The notes: generated by a model from the sequence alone, not told the origin. Shown: positions 40,478-51,212, counted from the stretch's first letter. The stretch: DNA of 64,000 nt from Candidatus Multivorans sp. (GCA_965224025.1 OZ245033.1:4192001-4256000); one strand, 5' to 3'. Numbers and translations are program-made.

Positions 40478-42673
40478 TCAGGACCCCAGCGCGTGACGCA
40501 CCCCCACATGCACCATCCGGGGGGCGCCGATCGTCACGAGGCTGGTTCCCGAGACGCCGACCTGGACTTCCTCGTCGAGCAGATTCTCGAACCCGGCGAA
40601 GACCTGCCAACGGCTGCCGAGAGCGCGAGCCAGGCTCAGATCGACGACCGCGAAGCTCGACAGAGGCCGCGTGTTCAGGTCGTCCTCGTACTGCTCGCCC
40701 ACGAAACGCACGCCGAGTCTCGCCTGCAGAAGCTCGGGGTTCGCGTACTCGAGACCGAAGCTCGCCGACTGCTCGGGCGTCTGCGCCAGCCTCTTCCCCT
40801 CGAGTTGCGGGAAGCCGGCCGCGCCATCGACCTCGGCGTTGCTGTAGAGGTAGGAAGCGTCGAGCCGCCACTCGTCGCCGAGCCGCTGGCGGAGTTCCAC
40901 CTCGAGCCCCTGAATGCGGGTGCGGTCCAGGTTGAGCCGCTGGCGGCAGGAGCCGCCGCCCGGGACGAAGCCGCACGGCTGGAAGAACCGCCCGCTCGCA
41001 ATCGAGGCCAGGGTGACGTTGGCGATCGGGTTCTCTACCCGGTTGACGAAGGCGTTGAGCGAGAGTCTGGAGCCGCCCTGGTAGCGCACCGCGCCAAACT
41101 CGATGCCGGAGAGCCGCTCGGGCTCGAGCGTCTCGTTCGCTTCCGTGATGTCGTTACGCACCCGGAACGGCCGGTAGAGTTCGTTGACGGTCGGCGCCCG
41201 GAACGATCCGTACACGGAGCCCCGCAGGCTCCAGCCGAAGTCGAGGGCGTACAGGAAGCCGATCCGGGGCGACGCCGCCGTCTCCTCCCGATCCTCGAAG
41301 GCGTCGTCGCGACGGATCGAGCCGTCCGCCTTGTTGATCTCGAGTCGGCTGCCCGAACCCGTCTGCCAGCGGTCGATGCGGGCCCCGAGTTCCAGCGTCA
41401 GCCGGTCGCCGTACTGCGCCCGGCGCTGCACGTAGGCGCCCGCGACCTGTTGGTCGCCGCCCGCCATGCGCCGGCGATTGAACTGCGTGGTGTAGAAGAA
41501 GTCCTCGTTGGTCGCGCCGTCGACGCTCCGCCACTCGGCGCCGGCGACCCACAGTCCCGATCCGACCTCGCCCTGCCCCAACTGACCCTGCCATTGCGCG
41601 CCGAGCCCCGTGGCTTCGGAGTCGACCAGGAACTGGTCGAGAGCCGGCCGCTCCGAGGAGCGGTCCACCTGCTGGGCGCTGAACCGGCTCGCGAACTCCT
41701 GCTCATGGGTGAAACCGCGGACGGTCCAGGTGTCGCCCCGGCCGCTCACGATGTCCGCGCTCAAACGGAAGGAGGTCAACTCGGTGTCGTTGCCGGTGAG
41801 CGGCGTGCCGTTGCCGCGATCCTCCGACAGGGTGTCGCCGCCGATGCTCACCGACACCGAGTCGCTGGGAGAAAACGCCAGCCGACCGCCGACGCTTGTC
41901 TGTTCCGAGAACGCGTCGACATCGATCGGGCCGCGCTGGTCGTCGCGGACCACCGGGTAGCCGTCGCTGTCGAAGCTCCTCGCCGACAGGGTCAGCGACG
42001 CGCGCTCGAACCCCTGCCCGAACCAGGCGTCGCCCGAGAGGATCCCGTGATCGCCGCCCAACGCGGACAGCCGCAGCGAAGGTCCCGAGTCCGACGGCTC
42101 AGTCGTCACCAGGTGAATCACGCCGCCCAGCGCCGAGTTGCCCCACAGGCTCGAACCGCCGCCGCGCACGACCTCGATCCGCTCCAGGCTTTCGCGGCCC
42201 ACGCGGCCCCAGTAGATCCAGCCGCCGAAGGGATCGTTCAGGGGCAGTCCGTCGAGCAGCACCAGGGTCCTGCTGACGCCGCTGGGGCCGATGCCGCGCA
42301 GCGAAACGCCCTGGCTGGTCGGGTGGGCGACCATCGAGCTGTTGCGACGGAAGAGACTGAAGCCGGGGACCCGGCGCAGCGTGTCGTCCAGCGTCACGGC
42401 CGGGCTGGAGCGAAGCTCGTCACCAGTCAGAACGGAGACGCTGGAGGTCACCTGCCCTAGTTCCTGCTCCGCCCGAGCCGCCGTGACGACGATCGTCTCG
42501 GCAAGGGCGGGGTCCTCGACCGGCTCCGCGTCATCGTCGCTTGCAGCGTCCGTCGCGGCGAGCGCCGCAGAGGCGAGAAGCGCCAGGGCGAACGCGGAGG
42601 CAACGAGGAAGAAGTGAACACGAAGACGGCCGTCGGGGGTTCGCGTCGTCGATGCGGCAGGCAGGGTCGGCAT
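40478..42673 (-). CDS. TonB-dependent receptor
   Basis: TonB box ETIVVTA, plug LRGIG..RTLVLLDG, RIEVVRGGGSSLWG, beta-barrel. Start position uncertain. Confidence 0.9.
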   Translation of the reverse strand: MPTLPAASTTRTPDGRLRVHFFLVASAFALALLASAALAATDAASDDDAEPVEDPALAETIVVTAARAEQELGQVTSSVSVLTGDELRSSPAVTLDDTLRRVPGFSLFRRNSSMVAHPTSQGVSLRGIGPSGVSRTLVLLDGLPLNDPFGGWIYWGRVGRESLERIEVVRGGGSSLWGNSALGGVIHLVTTEPSDSGPSLRLSALGGDHGILSGDAWFGQGFERASLTLSARSFDSDGYPVVRDDQRGPIDVDAFSEQTSVGGRLAFSPSDSVSVSIGGDTLSEDRGNGTPLTGNDTELTSFRLSADIVSGRGDTWTVRGFTHEQEFASRFSAQQVDRSSERPALDQFLVDSEATGLGAQWQGQLGQGEVGSGLWVAGAEWRSVDGATNEDFFYTTQFNRRRMAGGDQQVAGAYVQRRAQYGDRLTLELGARIDRWQTGSGSRLEINKADGSIRRDDAFEDREETAASPRIGFLYALDFGWSLRGSVYGSFRAPTVNELYRPFRVRNDITEANETLEPERLSGIEFGAVRYQGGSRLSLNAFVNRVENPIANVTLASIASGRFFQPCGFVPGGGSCRQRLNLDRTRIQGLEVELRQRLGDEWRLDASYLYSNAEVDGAAGFPQLEGKRLAQTPEQSASFGLEYANPELLQARLGVRFVGEQYEDDLNTRPLSSFAVVDLSLARALGSRWQVFAGFENLLDEEVQVGVSGTSLVTIGAPRMVHVGVRHALGS

Positions 42674-42683
42674 GCGCAAGCTC

Positions 42684-44189
42684 CTAGAGAGCCGGACCCG
42701 GCGTCTCCGGATCGGCGGGAGCGGGCATCGTAAACGATGCGGGATCGATGTCCGCACCGGCTTCAGCCTCCTGGATCCTCAACTCGACGGCGACCAGGCC
42801 CGCCACGGCGATCCGAATCGTGCCGGGCACCTTCACCCCACCCACGTCCATGTAGTCGCTGATCGCCACGTCGATCTCTCCGGTCGACCCCAGGAACGAC
42901 CCGTCGAAGACGACCCGGCGCTCCAGGAAGTCCTCGCCGCCCAGGTAGAGGGCGCGCGCTTCACCGTCCGCGGTCGCAATGTCCAGCCGGTAGGTCTCGT
43001 CGCGCTCGACCTTCTCGATACCCGCCAGCGACACCTCGAAGCCGCGTTCCTCGCTGTTCGCGAGCATGCCCCACAGGAAGTCGGTGAGGATCCCCACGGC
43101 CCCGACCGTTTCCTCCGGCAGCGGCGCGGGCTCGATGATGCCCTGCATCGGCGACACGTTCCATGCCGTCTCGCCGTCGTAGGCCAGGATCATCGTCAGG
43201 CCCTGCATGTCGATGTCGATGCGGAACGAACTGGGGCGGGCGAAGGCCACCGTCATCGGCACTTCGAAACCGAGCATGACGACGGTGCCGCTAGCGCTTA
43301 CCGTCTGGACCTCGGCAGCCGAGGTTCCGCGGGCACTCCGGTGGTGCGCCAGCACTTCGTCCAGCCCGAGTGCGGCGTTGGCCATCTGGCCCGGCATGAA
43401 GAAGATCTCGGGATCGATCTCGGGGTTGATCTCGTAGGAATTCAGGGTCAACGGCATCTCGCCCATCGAAGTGACCATGACCTGCCGGTGCGCCAGCATC
43501 AGGCCGTCGACCTCCCGGTAGTCCTCGAACCGGGTCGCCGAATCCTCCAAACCGAATCCGAAGTCCGCCTTGGAGATCCTCTTCTTCTCCAACCCATCTT
43601 CCGTACCGATGAAGACCTGCTGCGTCACGCCGCCAGGCGCGGTGACCACGAGCTTCCAGGCTTCACCGCTCTCGATCTCCTCGCGGCCGGCAAGCTCCAC
43701 CTGGTAACCCGGCTCCGTGTACTCGAACCAGGGACTGCTCAGCGCGGCGTCGGCGGCCCGCGCAGCCGCCAGTTCTCCTTCGACGACAGCAGGCTTGGGT
43801 TGACCGGGCGTCTGGCCCCAGGCCTGCTCGCCGTCGAATGCCTGGATCAGCGTCATGCCGCCGAAGTCGCCTTCCACCCGGACCTGATTCGGTCGACGGA
43901 GCTGAATCGTGAATGGGGCCTCCATGCCCTGCACCGACATCGTCCCGGTGGCCCTCACACCCTGAATCGAGCGTAACTTCTCGATGCCGCCCCGGGCTTC
44001 GTAGTGCATTGCCAGCACCCGGTCGAGTTCGCTGGGCTCCTCCGCCTCCTGAGCCCCGGCGGGCCCGACAGCCAGAGCAAGCGCCAGGATGGCGAGACAC
44101 GCCCGGATTCCATCCGTTCGCCGCCTGTTCCGTCCGTCGCGCTCCCGTTCCCGCGCGACTGCTGAGCCGATCGGTGCAGATCCCTTCAT
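42684..44189 (-). CDS. Secreted protein with two tandem LolA-like (lipoprotein-sorting fold) domains
   Basis: Internal duplication: LDRVLAMHYEARGG..RRPNQVRVE..AFDGEQAW..DYREVDG versus LDEVLAHHRSARG..ARPSSFRID..AYDGETAW..DYMDVGG. Confidence 0.65.
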   Translation of the reverse strand: MKGSAPIGSAVARERERDGRNRRRTDGIRACLAILALALAVGPAGAQEAEEPSELDRVLAMHYEARGGIEKLRSIQGVRATGTMSVQGMEAPFTIQLRRPNQVRVEGDFGGMTLIQAFDGEQAWGQTPGQPKPAVVEGELAAARAADAALSSPWFEYTEPGYQVELAGREEIESGEAWKLVVTAPGGVTQQVFIGTEDGLEKKRISKADFGFGLEDSATRFEDYREVDGLMLAHRQVMVTSMGEMPLTLNSYEINPEIDPEIFFMPGQMANAALGLDEVLAHHRSARGTSAAEVQTVSASGTVVMLGFEVPMTVAFARPSSFRIDIDMQGLTMILAYDGETAWNVSPMQGIIEPAPLPEETVGAVGILTDFLWGMLANSEERGFEVSLAGIEKVERDETYRLDIATADGEARALYLGGEDFLERRVVFDGSFLGSTGEIDVAISDYMDVGGVKVPGTIRIAVAGLVAVELRIQEAEAGADIDPASFTMPAPADPETPGPAL

Positions 44190-44506
44190 CTCATCCTCCG
44201 CTGGCCGTCCGCCGCGAGGCCCATAGGTTTCGCCAAGCCGGCTCGCTGCCCGAAATCTGTGCCGGCATGATACCCGAAGGGGGTTGGAGGAGACGGCTCG
44301 TGCGGCGACGCCATGACGCAGGATATCGCCTCCGCTGCTTTACGCAACCTCTGAAAACAAAGAGGTTACAGTCGACAACGAGGTTCGGCGGCCGCGACGT
44401 CGCGGCGTGACTACCGAGCCACTCGCACCAGCCTCGAATCCACGGGTCTGGAATCGGCTCGATCCGCGGGCCGTTTCTCATCTACGATTCGTCGACGAAC
44501 CACTCC

Positions 44507-45670
44507 ATGAGCGAGGAAAGACAGGGCAACAGGATCGACGCTGGCGCGGGATCCGGGGTAGAGCGCGGCGCCACAGGCGAGACAACCTCGCTTGGCGAGT
44601 TGCTCGAGAGCGGCCCCGTCGATAGCGCCCCGCTGGCGCCCGACACCTCCGAGTCCCAGACTCAGCGGCTGCGCGTCACCGCCGACGGATGGGAGTACTT
44701 CCGCATCTGGATCGTCAACGTCGCACTGACGCTGCTGACGTTCGGGATCTACTCGGCCTGGGCAAAGGTGCGGGCGCGGCGCTACCTGTACGGCCACATC
44801 TGGCTCGGTGACAACGCCTTCGACTACACGGCGAACCCGGTGGCCATTCTTCGGGGCCGGATTCTGGTCGCGGTCGTAGCGGTGGCTTTGTGGTTCGCCA
44901 ACCTCTTCTCCATCTTCTACTACTACGCCGTGCTGGCCGTGCTGGCGCCGCTCGTGCCCTGGGTCGTGGTCCGCGCGCGGACCTTCCAGCTCCGCAACTC
45001 TCGGTACCGCGGCATCGCCTTCGACTTCAACGGGCGGTACTGGGACGCCGCCGTCTGGTATCCGCTGATGGCCGTTGCCTCGTTCGTGACCCTGGGGCTG
45101 GCCTGGCCGTTCAGAATCTTCGGCCGCGACCGCTTCCTCATCACCGAGTCGCGTTTCGGCAACAAGCCGTTCCGCTTCATCGGCGAAGCCAGTCCCTACT
45201 ACGGCGTCTACGTAGTCGTCTGGGTGCTGACCGTAATTCTGTTCATGGGCTCCTGCTTCGTTATCTTCAGCATGATTGCGATGGAACCCGATCAGGGAGC
45301 GCCACCTCCCGCTGCGAACTTCGTCATGCCGGTGTTCTTCGTCCTGGTGGCGCTGGTCTCGTTCGTGTACATCCGGGCCCGCCTGCTCAGCTACCGCTGG
45401 AGTTGTACCCAGCTCGGCGACAGCGACTTCATCCTGCAACTCTCCTTCGGAACCATGTTCTGGCTCTACGCCAGCAACACCGCCCTGATCATCGCCACCT
45501 TCGGCCTGTTCGCGCCGTTCGCCAGAATCCGCGTGCTGCGCTACGTCGTGGACCAGTTCCTCGTCATGCAGCCGCTCGGCGAGGTCACGTTCGAAGCCGG
45601 CGACGCCCAACGCCTGGGGGCCACGGGCGCCGAGGCGGCCGGCGAGTTCGGCCTGGAGATCGGTATATGA
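44507..45670 (+). CDS. YjgN/DUF898 family inner membrane protein
   Basis: EYFRIWIVNVALTLLTFGIYSAWAKVRARRYLY. Confidence 0.9.
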   Translation: MSEERQGNRIDAGAGSGVERGATGETTSLGELLESGPVDSAPLAPDTSESQTQRLRVTADGWEYFRIWIVNVALTLLTFGIYSAWAKVRARRYLYGHIWLGDNAFDYTANPVAILRGRILVAVVAVALWFANLFSIFYYYAVLAVLAPLVPWVVVRARTFQLRNSRYRGIAFDFNGRYWDAAVWYPLMAVASFVTLGLAWPFRIFGRDRFLITESRFGNKPFRFIGEASPYYGVYVVVWVLTVILFMGSCFVIFSMIAMEPDQGAPPPAANFVMPVFFVLVALVSFVYIRARLLSYRWSCTQLGDSDFILQLSFGTMFWLYASNTALIIATFGLFAPFARIRVLRYVVDQFLVMQPLGEVTFEAGDAQRLGATGAEAAGEFGLEIGI

Positions 45671-46737
45671 GCGCCGTTTCCTGCCACTACTACGACGGTC
45701 GCACCTCCGAGCGGCGCGACGCCTCCCTCGCCATCACGACCGACGGCAATGTGGTGGTAGCCGTCGACGGCTTCGAAGAGCGCCGTCTCCACTCTCTCTC
45801 AGAGGTCCGGATTCCCGGCCGCGTCGCCGATACGCCACGTCACATCCGTCTGCCCGACGGCGCCGTCTGCGAGGTGCGCGACAACGATGCGTTGGATGCG
45901 ATGCGAGCACGCGCCGAACGCGGTCCCCTTCCAGCCGGCCGGCGCTTCGAGCGACTTCTCCATCGGCTCGACAGCAACTGGCGCGGAGCAGCAACGGCAC
46001 TGGCCGTCACGGCCGCGATCCTGTTCTCGTTCACCGAGTGGGGTGCGCCAGTCGTTGCCAGGATCGTCGTCGCGGCGACGCCTCCCGAGGTCGAAGCGGT
46101 CATCGGCGAGAACCTGATGACCCTGTTGCTCCAATTCGACCTCCTCGAGCCCTCCAAGCTCGATGAGAACAGGCAGAACGACATCCTGATCGCCTTCTAC
46201 GCGATGAGAGACGATGCAAGAGTTGAGGCCGTACAACTCGGCTTCTTCTCCGCACCCGGCTTCGGTCCGAACGCCTTCGCTCTCCCGGGAGGCACGGTCG
46301 TCATCACGGATCAACTCGTCGAGTTGGCCGAGAACGACGAGGAGATCGTCGCGGTCCTCGCCCACGAAGTCGGGCACGTGGCCGGCCGGCACGTCATGCG
46401 GCGCCTCGCCCAGACTTCCTCCATGCTCGTCCTGTGGACCGCCTTTACCGGTGATGCGTCGGTCGCCACGCTGTCCATTCTGGCGCCTGAGCGGTTGCTG
46501 GCGCAGCGTTACTCGCGCGCCTTCGAACGCGACGCCGACCAGTTCGCCTTCGACTACCTGCTCGGAGCCGGCATCCCGCCGACTCGCCTCGGCGACCTCC
46601 TTCAGCGGCTCGAGGCAGCCCACGCCCGAAGCGGCACTCCCAACTGGATGGCCAGCCATCCCGGGACTGAAGATAGAGCGCGCGACGCCGAAGAAGCCGC
46701 CGAACGAGCGCTAGCCGGCGGCGAGGCCCGCGAGTGA
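45667..46737 (+). CDS. M48 family metallopeptidase
   Basis: PNAFALPGG, VLAHEVGH, YSRAFERDAD, ASHP; ATGA-coupled to the DUF898 gene. Confidence 0.9.
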   Translation: MSAVSCHYYDGRTSERRDASLAITTDGNVVVAVDGFEERRLHSLSEVRIPGRVADTPRHIRLPDGAVCEVRDNDALDAMRARAERGPLPAGRRFERLLHRLDSNWRGAATALAVTAAILFSFTEWGAPVVARIVVAATPPEVEAVIGENLMTLLLQFDLLEPSKLDENRQNDILIAFYAMRDDARVEAVQLGFFSAPGFGPNAFALPGGTVVITDQLVELAENDEEIVAVLAHEVGHVAGRHVMRRLAQTSSMLVLWTAFTGDASVATLSILAPERLLAQRYSRAFERDADQFAFDYLLGAGIPPTRLGDLLQRLEAAHARSGTPNWMASHPGTEDRARDAEEAAERALAGGEARE

Positions 46738-46834
46738 CCGTCGCGCACGAGGCGGCATATTCTCAGGCCACACGACCGAAGCGAGCGACGCGGGCCGCGA
46801 CCGCCGACCGGGCCCGCAGCAGGAGGCACCTGTC

Positions 46835-47686
46835 ATGCAGAAACTGACCCAGGTCCAGCGTGAACAGTGGGCGATCGACGGCTACATCCGCCTCGAACAG
46901 GCGCTGTCACCGTACGAAGTCGCGTTCTTCGACGCCGAACTCGACCGTGTCCGCCAGCTCCCTGGCTGGGAGCCGAACCCTGACGGGCCGCTCGGCCACT
47001 ACGCCTGGCTCGACCATGCAATCGACCGGGACCCCGAGGGCTTCATGGACCGCCGCGTGCTGCTGCACTACGACCAGGCGTTCCTCGACCTGATGGACGC
47101 TTCGCCCGTCTTCGACCTGGTCACCGACATCATGGGCCCCTACGTGGTGCTCAGCATGAGCCAGGCGATCGTGCGTCCGTCGAATCCCAAATGGCCCGGC
47201 TACACCCACACCGACGGCGGCGAAGCGCTGCGCGGCATCCGCGTCACCGAGACCAGCCTGCCACTGGCGATGAAGGCGCTCTACCTGCTCTCCGATGTGA
47301 CCGACGACGACTGCGGCAACTTCACGGTCTTCCCCGGCAGTCACATACGCCCCTTCCCGGACCGCCCGTACCCGGCGCCGGGCCCGAAAACCCCGGGCGC
47401 GGTCCAGCTCGCCGGCAAGGCCGGCGACTGCATCCTCTTCCCGCATTCCCTCTGGCACGGCCCTTCGGTCAACGCCTCCCCGCGCGCCCGCAAAACGATC
47501 CTCTACAACTACTGCCAGTTGTTCCTGCGCACGTATGACCCGGAGCCCACCGCCGAGATTCTCGATCGCTGCACTCCGCGCCAACGCCGCCTGCTCGGCG
47601 ACCTCGGCTACGACTTCCGACCGGGCTCGTACTTCTACGCGCCGCAGGATCAGGTGGACGTGATCGTGGGCGAGGGTTCGGGGTAG
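46835..47686 (+). CDS. Phytanoyl-CoA dioxygenase family (Fe/2OG) protein
   Basis: HTD, GNFTVFPGSH, GKAGDCILF..LWH; AGGAGG RBS. Confidence 0.88.
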   Translation: MQKLTQVQREQWAIDGYIRLEQALSPYEVAFFDAELDRVRQLPGWEPNPDGPLGHYAWLDHAIDRDPEGFMDRRVLLHYDQAFLDLMDASPVFDLVTDIMGPYVVLSMSQAIVRPSNPKWPGYTHTDGGEALRGIRVTETSLPLAMKALYLLSDVTDDDCGNFTVFPGSHIRPFPDRPYPAPGPKTPGAVQLAGKAGDCILFPHSLWHGPSVNASPRARKTILYNYCQLFLRTYDPEPTAEILDRCTPRQRRLLGDLGYDFRPGSYFYAPQDQVDVIVGEGSG

Positions 47687-47698
47687 CCCCTGAGGGGC

Positions 47699-48727
47699 AT
47701 GGAGATTCCCGCGACCGCAAACCGACACGCTGACCACCGGGCCCGCCAGGGACTGCTGACCGGCGTGGTGCTATCCACGTGCATGACGCTGGCGTGCTCC
47801 ACGATCTCCGTTCCCGCCCCGGACGTCGCCATGGGACCGGCTGCGCCGGCGTCTTCGCCGGCATCCGCAGAACGTCCCGACGAGCCACGGCACGAAGGCT
47901 CCTTGCACGATCTCCTCCCGGACCTGGCTCGTATCGTCGGCCGCGAGACCGTGGACCGAGGGGACGCGCTGCTTCACATGTTCCAGGAGCGCGGTCTCGA
48001 CCCTCGTATCCAGGAGTTCTCGGCTACCGCGACGGAGCGGCAGCCGAGGGAAGTCGGGAGAAACCTGGTCGTTACGATCGGCGAGGGGCGCCGCGACATC
48101 GTGGTGGGCGCGCACTACGACGTGGTCCGCCTCCGAGACGGCGCGGTCGTCGGCGGCGCCGTCGACAACGGCGCGGCGTCGGTCGTCCTCACCAGGGTGG
48201 CCCAGACGCTGCGGCGACACGAACTGGACCACCGGGTCCGGGTCGTCCTGTTCGACCTCGAGGAGTTCGGGCTCCTCGGCTCTCGCGCCTACGTTCAGGA
48301 CGGGGACGGGGACCGTATCGCCGCCATGGTCAACGCCGACGTGGTCGCCGGCGACGGCACCCTGATGTACGGGCCCACATCCCACGAGGGAAACGAGGCG
48401 GTCTACCGCAGTCTCCGCGTCGTGTGCGCCGGCAGCGATGTCCCGTGCATGGCCTTCCCCCGGTATCCCTCCAGCGACGATCGCAGCTTCCAGGCCGCCG
48501 GAATCCCCAACGTCTCCATCGCCATGAACGGGACCACCGCGTCGCATCAGATGTGGCTCGCGCTCAACGCGGGCGCCGAATCCGGGCTCCGTCAGGGCTT
48601 CCTGCCCGACATCTTCCGGGTCATTCACACAGCCAAGGACAGCATCGAACACGCCAGCGAAACCGCGATGAACCGCCTTCACGACATGATCGTCGCCTTG
48701 GTGCTCGAATTAGACAGGGCTCTGTAG
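47699..48727 (+). CDS. M28 family peptidase
   Basis: VGAHYD, GAVDN, DLEEFGLLGS, NAD, SDD, IHTAKD. Confidence 0.85.
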   Translation: MEIPATANRHADHRARQGLLTGVVLSTCMTLACSTISVPAPDVAMGPAAPASSPASAERPDEPRHEGSLHDLLPDLARIVGRETVDRGDALLHMFQERGLDPRIQEFSATATERQPREVGRNLVVTIGEGRRDIVVGAHYDVVRLRDGAVVGGAVDNGAASVVLTRVAQTLRRHELDHRVRVVLFDLEEFGLLGSRAYVQDGDGDRIAAMVNADVVAGDGTLMYGPTSHEGNEAVYRSLRVVCAGSDVPCMAFPRYPSSDDRSFQAAGIPNVSIAMNGTTASHQMWLALNAGAESGLRQGFLPDIFRVIHTAKDSIEHASETAMNRLHDMIVALVLELDRAL

Positions 48728-48748
48728 CAGCCGTCCTTGGCTGCTGTC

Positions 48749-49441
48749 TCAGAGCCTCGTCTGCGGGACGGCGTACGGCTCGTCTTCCGGGACGAACTCC
48801 GTCTCCAGCAGAGCAGCCCTGCTCCACTCGCGCATCGCCTCCGTGTCGACCAGCGCACGGCAGTAGTCCGCGGCTTCGCGCGGAAGCGGCGGCTCGTAGG
48901 TCGCGAACCGGGAAGCGACCGGCAGGAAGTAGGCGTCGGCAGCCGAGAAGGCGCCGAACAGGAACGGCCCGTCGCCGCCGAACTCGGCATGGGCGACGCG
49001 CCAGAGGGTCGTCAGCCGGTCGACATCGGCCATGACCTCGGCCTCCCGGCCCTTGCCCGGATAGCTCGAGCGGATGTTCATCGGCATCGCCGAGCGCAAC
49101 GCCGCGAAGCCGGAGTGGAAGGTCGCGACCAGGGAGCGCGCCCGAGCACGGGGCCGGCCGTCCGCCGGCCAGACGCCGCGGCCGGGGTACAAGTCGGCCA
49201 GACGCTCGACGATCGCGGAGGTGTCGAAGGTGGCGAAGCCCTGCCCCGGCGCGCCCTCCCAGAGCACCGGCACGAGGCGCGTAGGCGACAGCCCGGCGAT
49301 GTTCTGCTCCCAGTCCTCCGAGTCGAACTTCAGCATCCGTTCCATGAACGGGATGCCGAGCTCGGTCATCAGCGCCCAAGGCCGGAGCGACCAGGACGAG
49401 TAGTTCTTGTTGCCGATGATCAGGGTGAGCGGTTGCGTCAT
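48749..49441 (-). CDS. Glutathione S-transferase family protein
   Basis: IGNKNYSSWSLRPW, VPVL, FLFGAFSAADA. Confidence 0.92.
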   Translation of the reverse strand: MTQPLTLIIGNKNYSSWSLRPWALMTELGIPFMERMLKFDSEDWEQNIAGLSPTRLVPVLWEGAPGQGFATFDTSAIVERLADLYPGRGVWPADGRPRARARSLVATFHSGFAALRSAMPMNIRSSYPGKGREAEVMADVDRLTTLWRVAHAEFGGDGPFLFGAFSAADAYFLPVASRFATYEPPLPREAADYCRALVDTEAMREWSRAALLETEFVPEDEPYAVPQTRL

Positions 49442-49471
49442 GGGCGGCGGAGTCTATTGCGAAGAGCCTTT

Positions 49472-49512
49472 GAACCCGGTTGGCGCGGGCCGCGCCACCC
49501 GGGTTTCCCAGG
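49472..49512. repeat. Partial copy of repeat family A
   Basis: TGGCGCGGGCCGCGCCACCCGGGTTTCCCAGG. Confidence 0.65.
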
Positions 49513-49550
49513 ATGACGGAACCCGGCCCAGCCGCTATCCTGAAACCGAA

Positions 49551-50507
49551 GTGCTCCACTCCAATCGCCCGCGCGTCCGAATCGCTCTGGCAACGGCCGT
49601 GTTCCTGGCCGCATCGTTCAGTGCGCCGATCTGTGCCCAAGCGGGCTCGAACGGAGAGCCGCCCGGCGACATCGACGGACTGTGGGACTTCGCCACCGCG
49701 ACGCCGCTGCAGCGGCCGTCGGCCTACGCGGAGCAGGAGTACTTCAGCGCCGAACAGGCCGGCCAGTTCGAACGCGACACGATTGAGCGTCGCGCGGAGG
49801 CGCAGAAGCGGCGCCCGAGCGTCCATGCGCCCTACTGGCTCGACCACGGCCGCAACGTGCAGGAGTCACGCCGCACGTCGCTGATCTTCGACCCGCCGAA
49901 CGGACGCATCCCGACCATGACCGAGGACGGCAGGCGGCGAGCCCAGGAACGGCGCGACCGGCGCCAGAAGGTGCCGGCCGGACCCGAGGATCGCAGCCTC
50001 TGGGAACGCTGCCTGATGGGCTTCAACGCCGGACCGCCGATGAACCCCGGGGCCTACAACAACAACGTGCTGATCCTGGTGACGCCGGACACGGTGGCGC
50101 TCCTCAACGAGATGGTCCACGAGACCCGGATCGTCCCCCTCGACGGCCAGCCACGGCTGCCCGAAGACGTCCGCCAGTTCAAGGGCGATTCGCGCGGAAC
50201 CTGGGACCGCGAAACCCTGGTCGTCGAGACGCGCAACTTCGATCGGCGTATCAGCTTCCAGGGCTCAGGCGGCAACATGCGCCTGACAGAGCGCTTCACC
50301 CGTTTCGATGACAACACGCTGATCTACGAGTACACGATCGACGACCCGGAGTCCTTCAACCGCCCCTGGAGCGCCCGGATGGAAATGAAGAAGTCGGACC
50401 AGGCGCTCTTCGAGTACGCCTGCCACGAAGGCAACTACGGCCTCAAGAACATCCTCGAGTACGCCCGCGCTAACGAGAAGCGGGCCGAGCTGGCTCCAAC
50501 AGACTGA
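49551..50507 (+). CDS. Conserved secreted hypothetical protein (EYACHEGN-type family)
   Basis: Signal peptide, TPLQRP, RTSLIFDPPNGRIP, GDSRGTWD..TLVVET, EYACHEGN. Start position uncertain. Confidence 0.7.
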   Translation: MLHSNRPRVRIALATAVFLAASFSAPICAQAGSNGEPPGDIDGLWDFATATPLQRPSAYAEQEYFSAEQAGQFERDTIERRAEAQKRRPSVHAPYWLDHGRNVQESRRTSLIFDPPNGRIPTMTEDGRRRAQERRDRRQKVPAGPEDRSLWERCLMGFNAGPPMNPGAYNNNVLILVTPDTVALLNEMVHETRIVPLDGQPRLPEDVRQFKGDSRGTWDRETLVVETRNFDRRISFQGSGGNMRLTERFTRFDDNTLIYEYTIDDPESFNRPWSARMEMKKSDQALFEYACHEGNYGLKNILEYARANEKRAELAPTD

Positions 50508-50886
50508 CGCCCGGCAACTGCGCCGCCTTCCGGTCGAAGGTGTAGAGAGGCAACGCCCCCGCTCGTCTCGCCGTGGCCGCGATCATACGGTCTGCAAAGT
50601 CGGCGCCTCCACGGCGATACTCCCGCGCGGCGCGCGCCACATCGCTGGCGGCCTCAACCTCCAACGCCGCCGACTTCAGCAGGTCGTTGAAGACGATCGC
50701 TATCTGTTCCCGCCTGAACCCGTACCGGTTCTTCAGGACCCACACCAACTCGATCGCCACCTCCCGGCTGACGTACCCCGGTTCTTCAACCGTCAACTCC
50801 TGCAGCAGGGCTGCCGCTGCCCTCGCCTGTCCTTCGTCGTCCCGGATGAGGAACCGAACGAGGACGTTCGTGTCGAGCGCGATCAC
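50470..50886 (-). CDS. vapC: VapC PIN-domain toxin
   Basis: IALDTNVLVRFL, ELVWVL, DFADRMI, YTFDRKA. Confidence 0.88.
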   Translation of the reverse strand: MIALDTNVLVRFLIRDDEGQARAAAALLQELTVEEPGYVSREVAIELVWVLKNRYGFRREQIAIVFNDLLKSAALEVEAASDVARAAREYRRGGADFADRMIAATARRAGALPLYTFDRKAAQLPGVSLLEPARPASR

Positions 50887-51212
50887 TCGCGGCGCGTTCC
50901 CCCGACGACTGCACGCTCCTCTTCCTCCGTCATCGGACGCCAGTCGCTCCCCAGCACTCTGCGACACGCTCCCTCGGCGATGGCGCGGTCCATTTCCTCC
51001 AGGGTCGCGGGAGGCCCGTCGTACTTCAGCACGCCAAACAAACGGCTGATCGGCAGCACCGGCGCGATGCGCACTTCCCCGTCGTATATGAAGTAGCGCA
51101 CCCGGTCCCCTGCCTTCAGGTCAAGCGCGTCGCGCACCTCCTTGGGCAGGGTCGTCTGGCCCCGGGAAGTAACCGTCGACTCTGGCAAGCGAGATGGAGG
51201 TTGTGCATTCAT
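50883..51212 (-). CDS. AbrB/MazE family antitoxin
   Basis: STVTSRGQTTLPKEVRDALDLKAGDRV. Confidence 0.88.
   Translation of the reverse strand: MNAQPPSRLPESTVTSRGQTTLPKEVRDALDLKAGDRVRYFIYDGEVRIAPVLPISRLFGVLKYDGPPATLEEMDRAIAEGACRRVLGSDWRPMTEEEERAVVGGTRRE

Noticed and set aside
44346-44367. Inverted repeat AACCTCT-N8-AGAGGTT in a divergent promoter region
   Set aside because: It is a plausible operator, but it is a single occurrence with no regulator nearby and cannot be supported.
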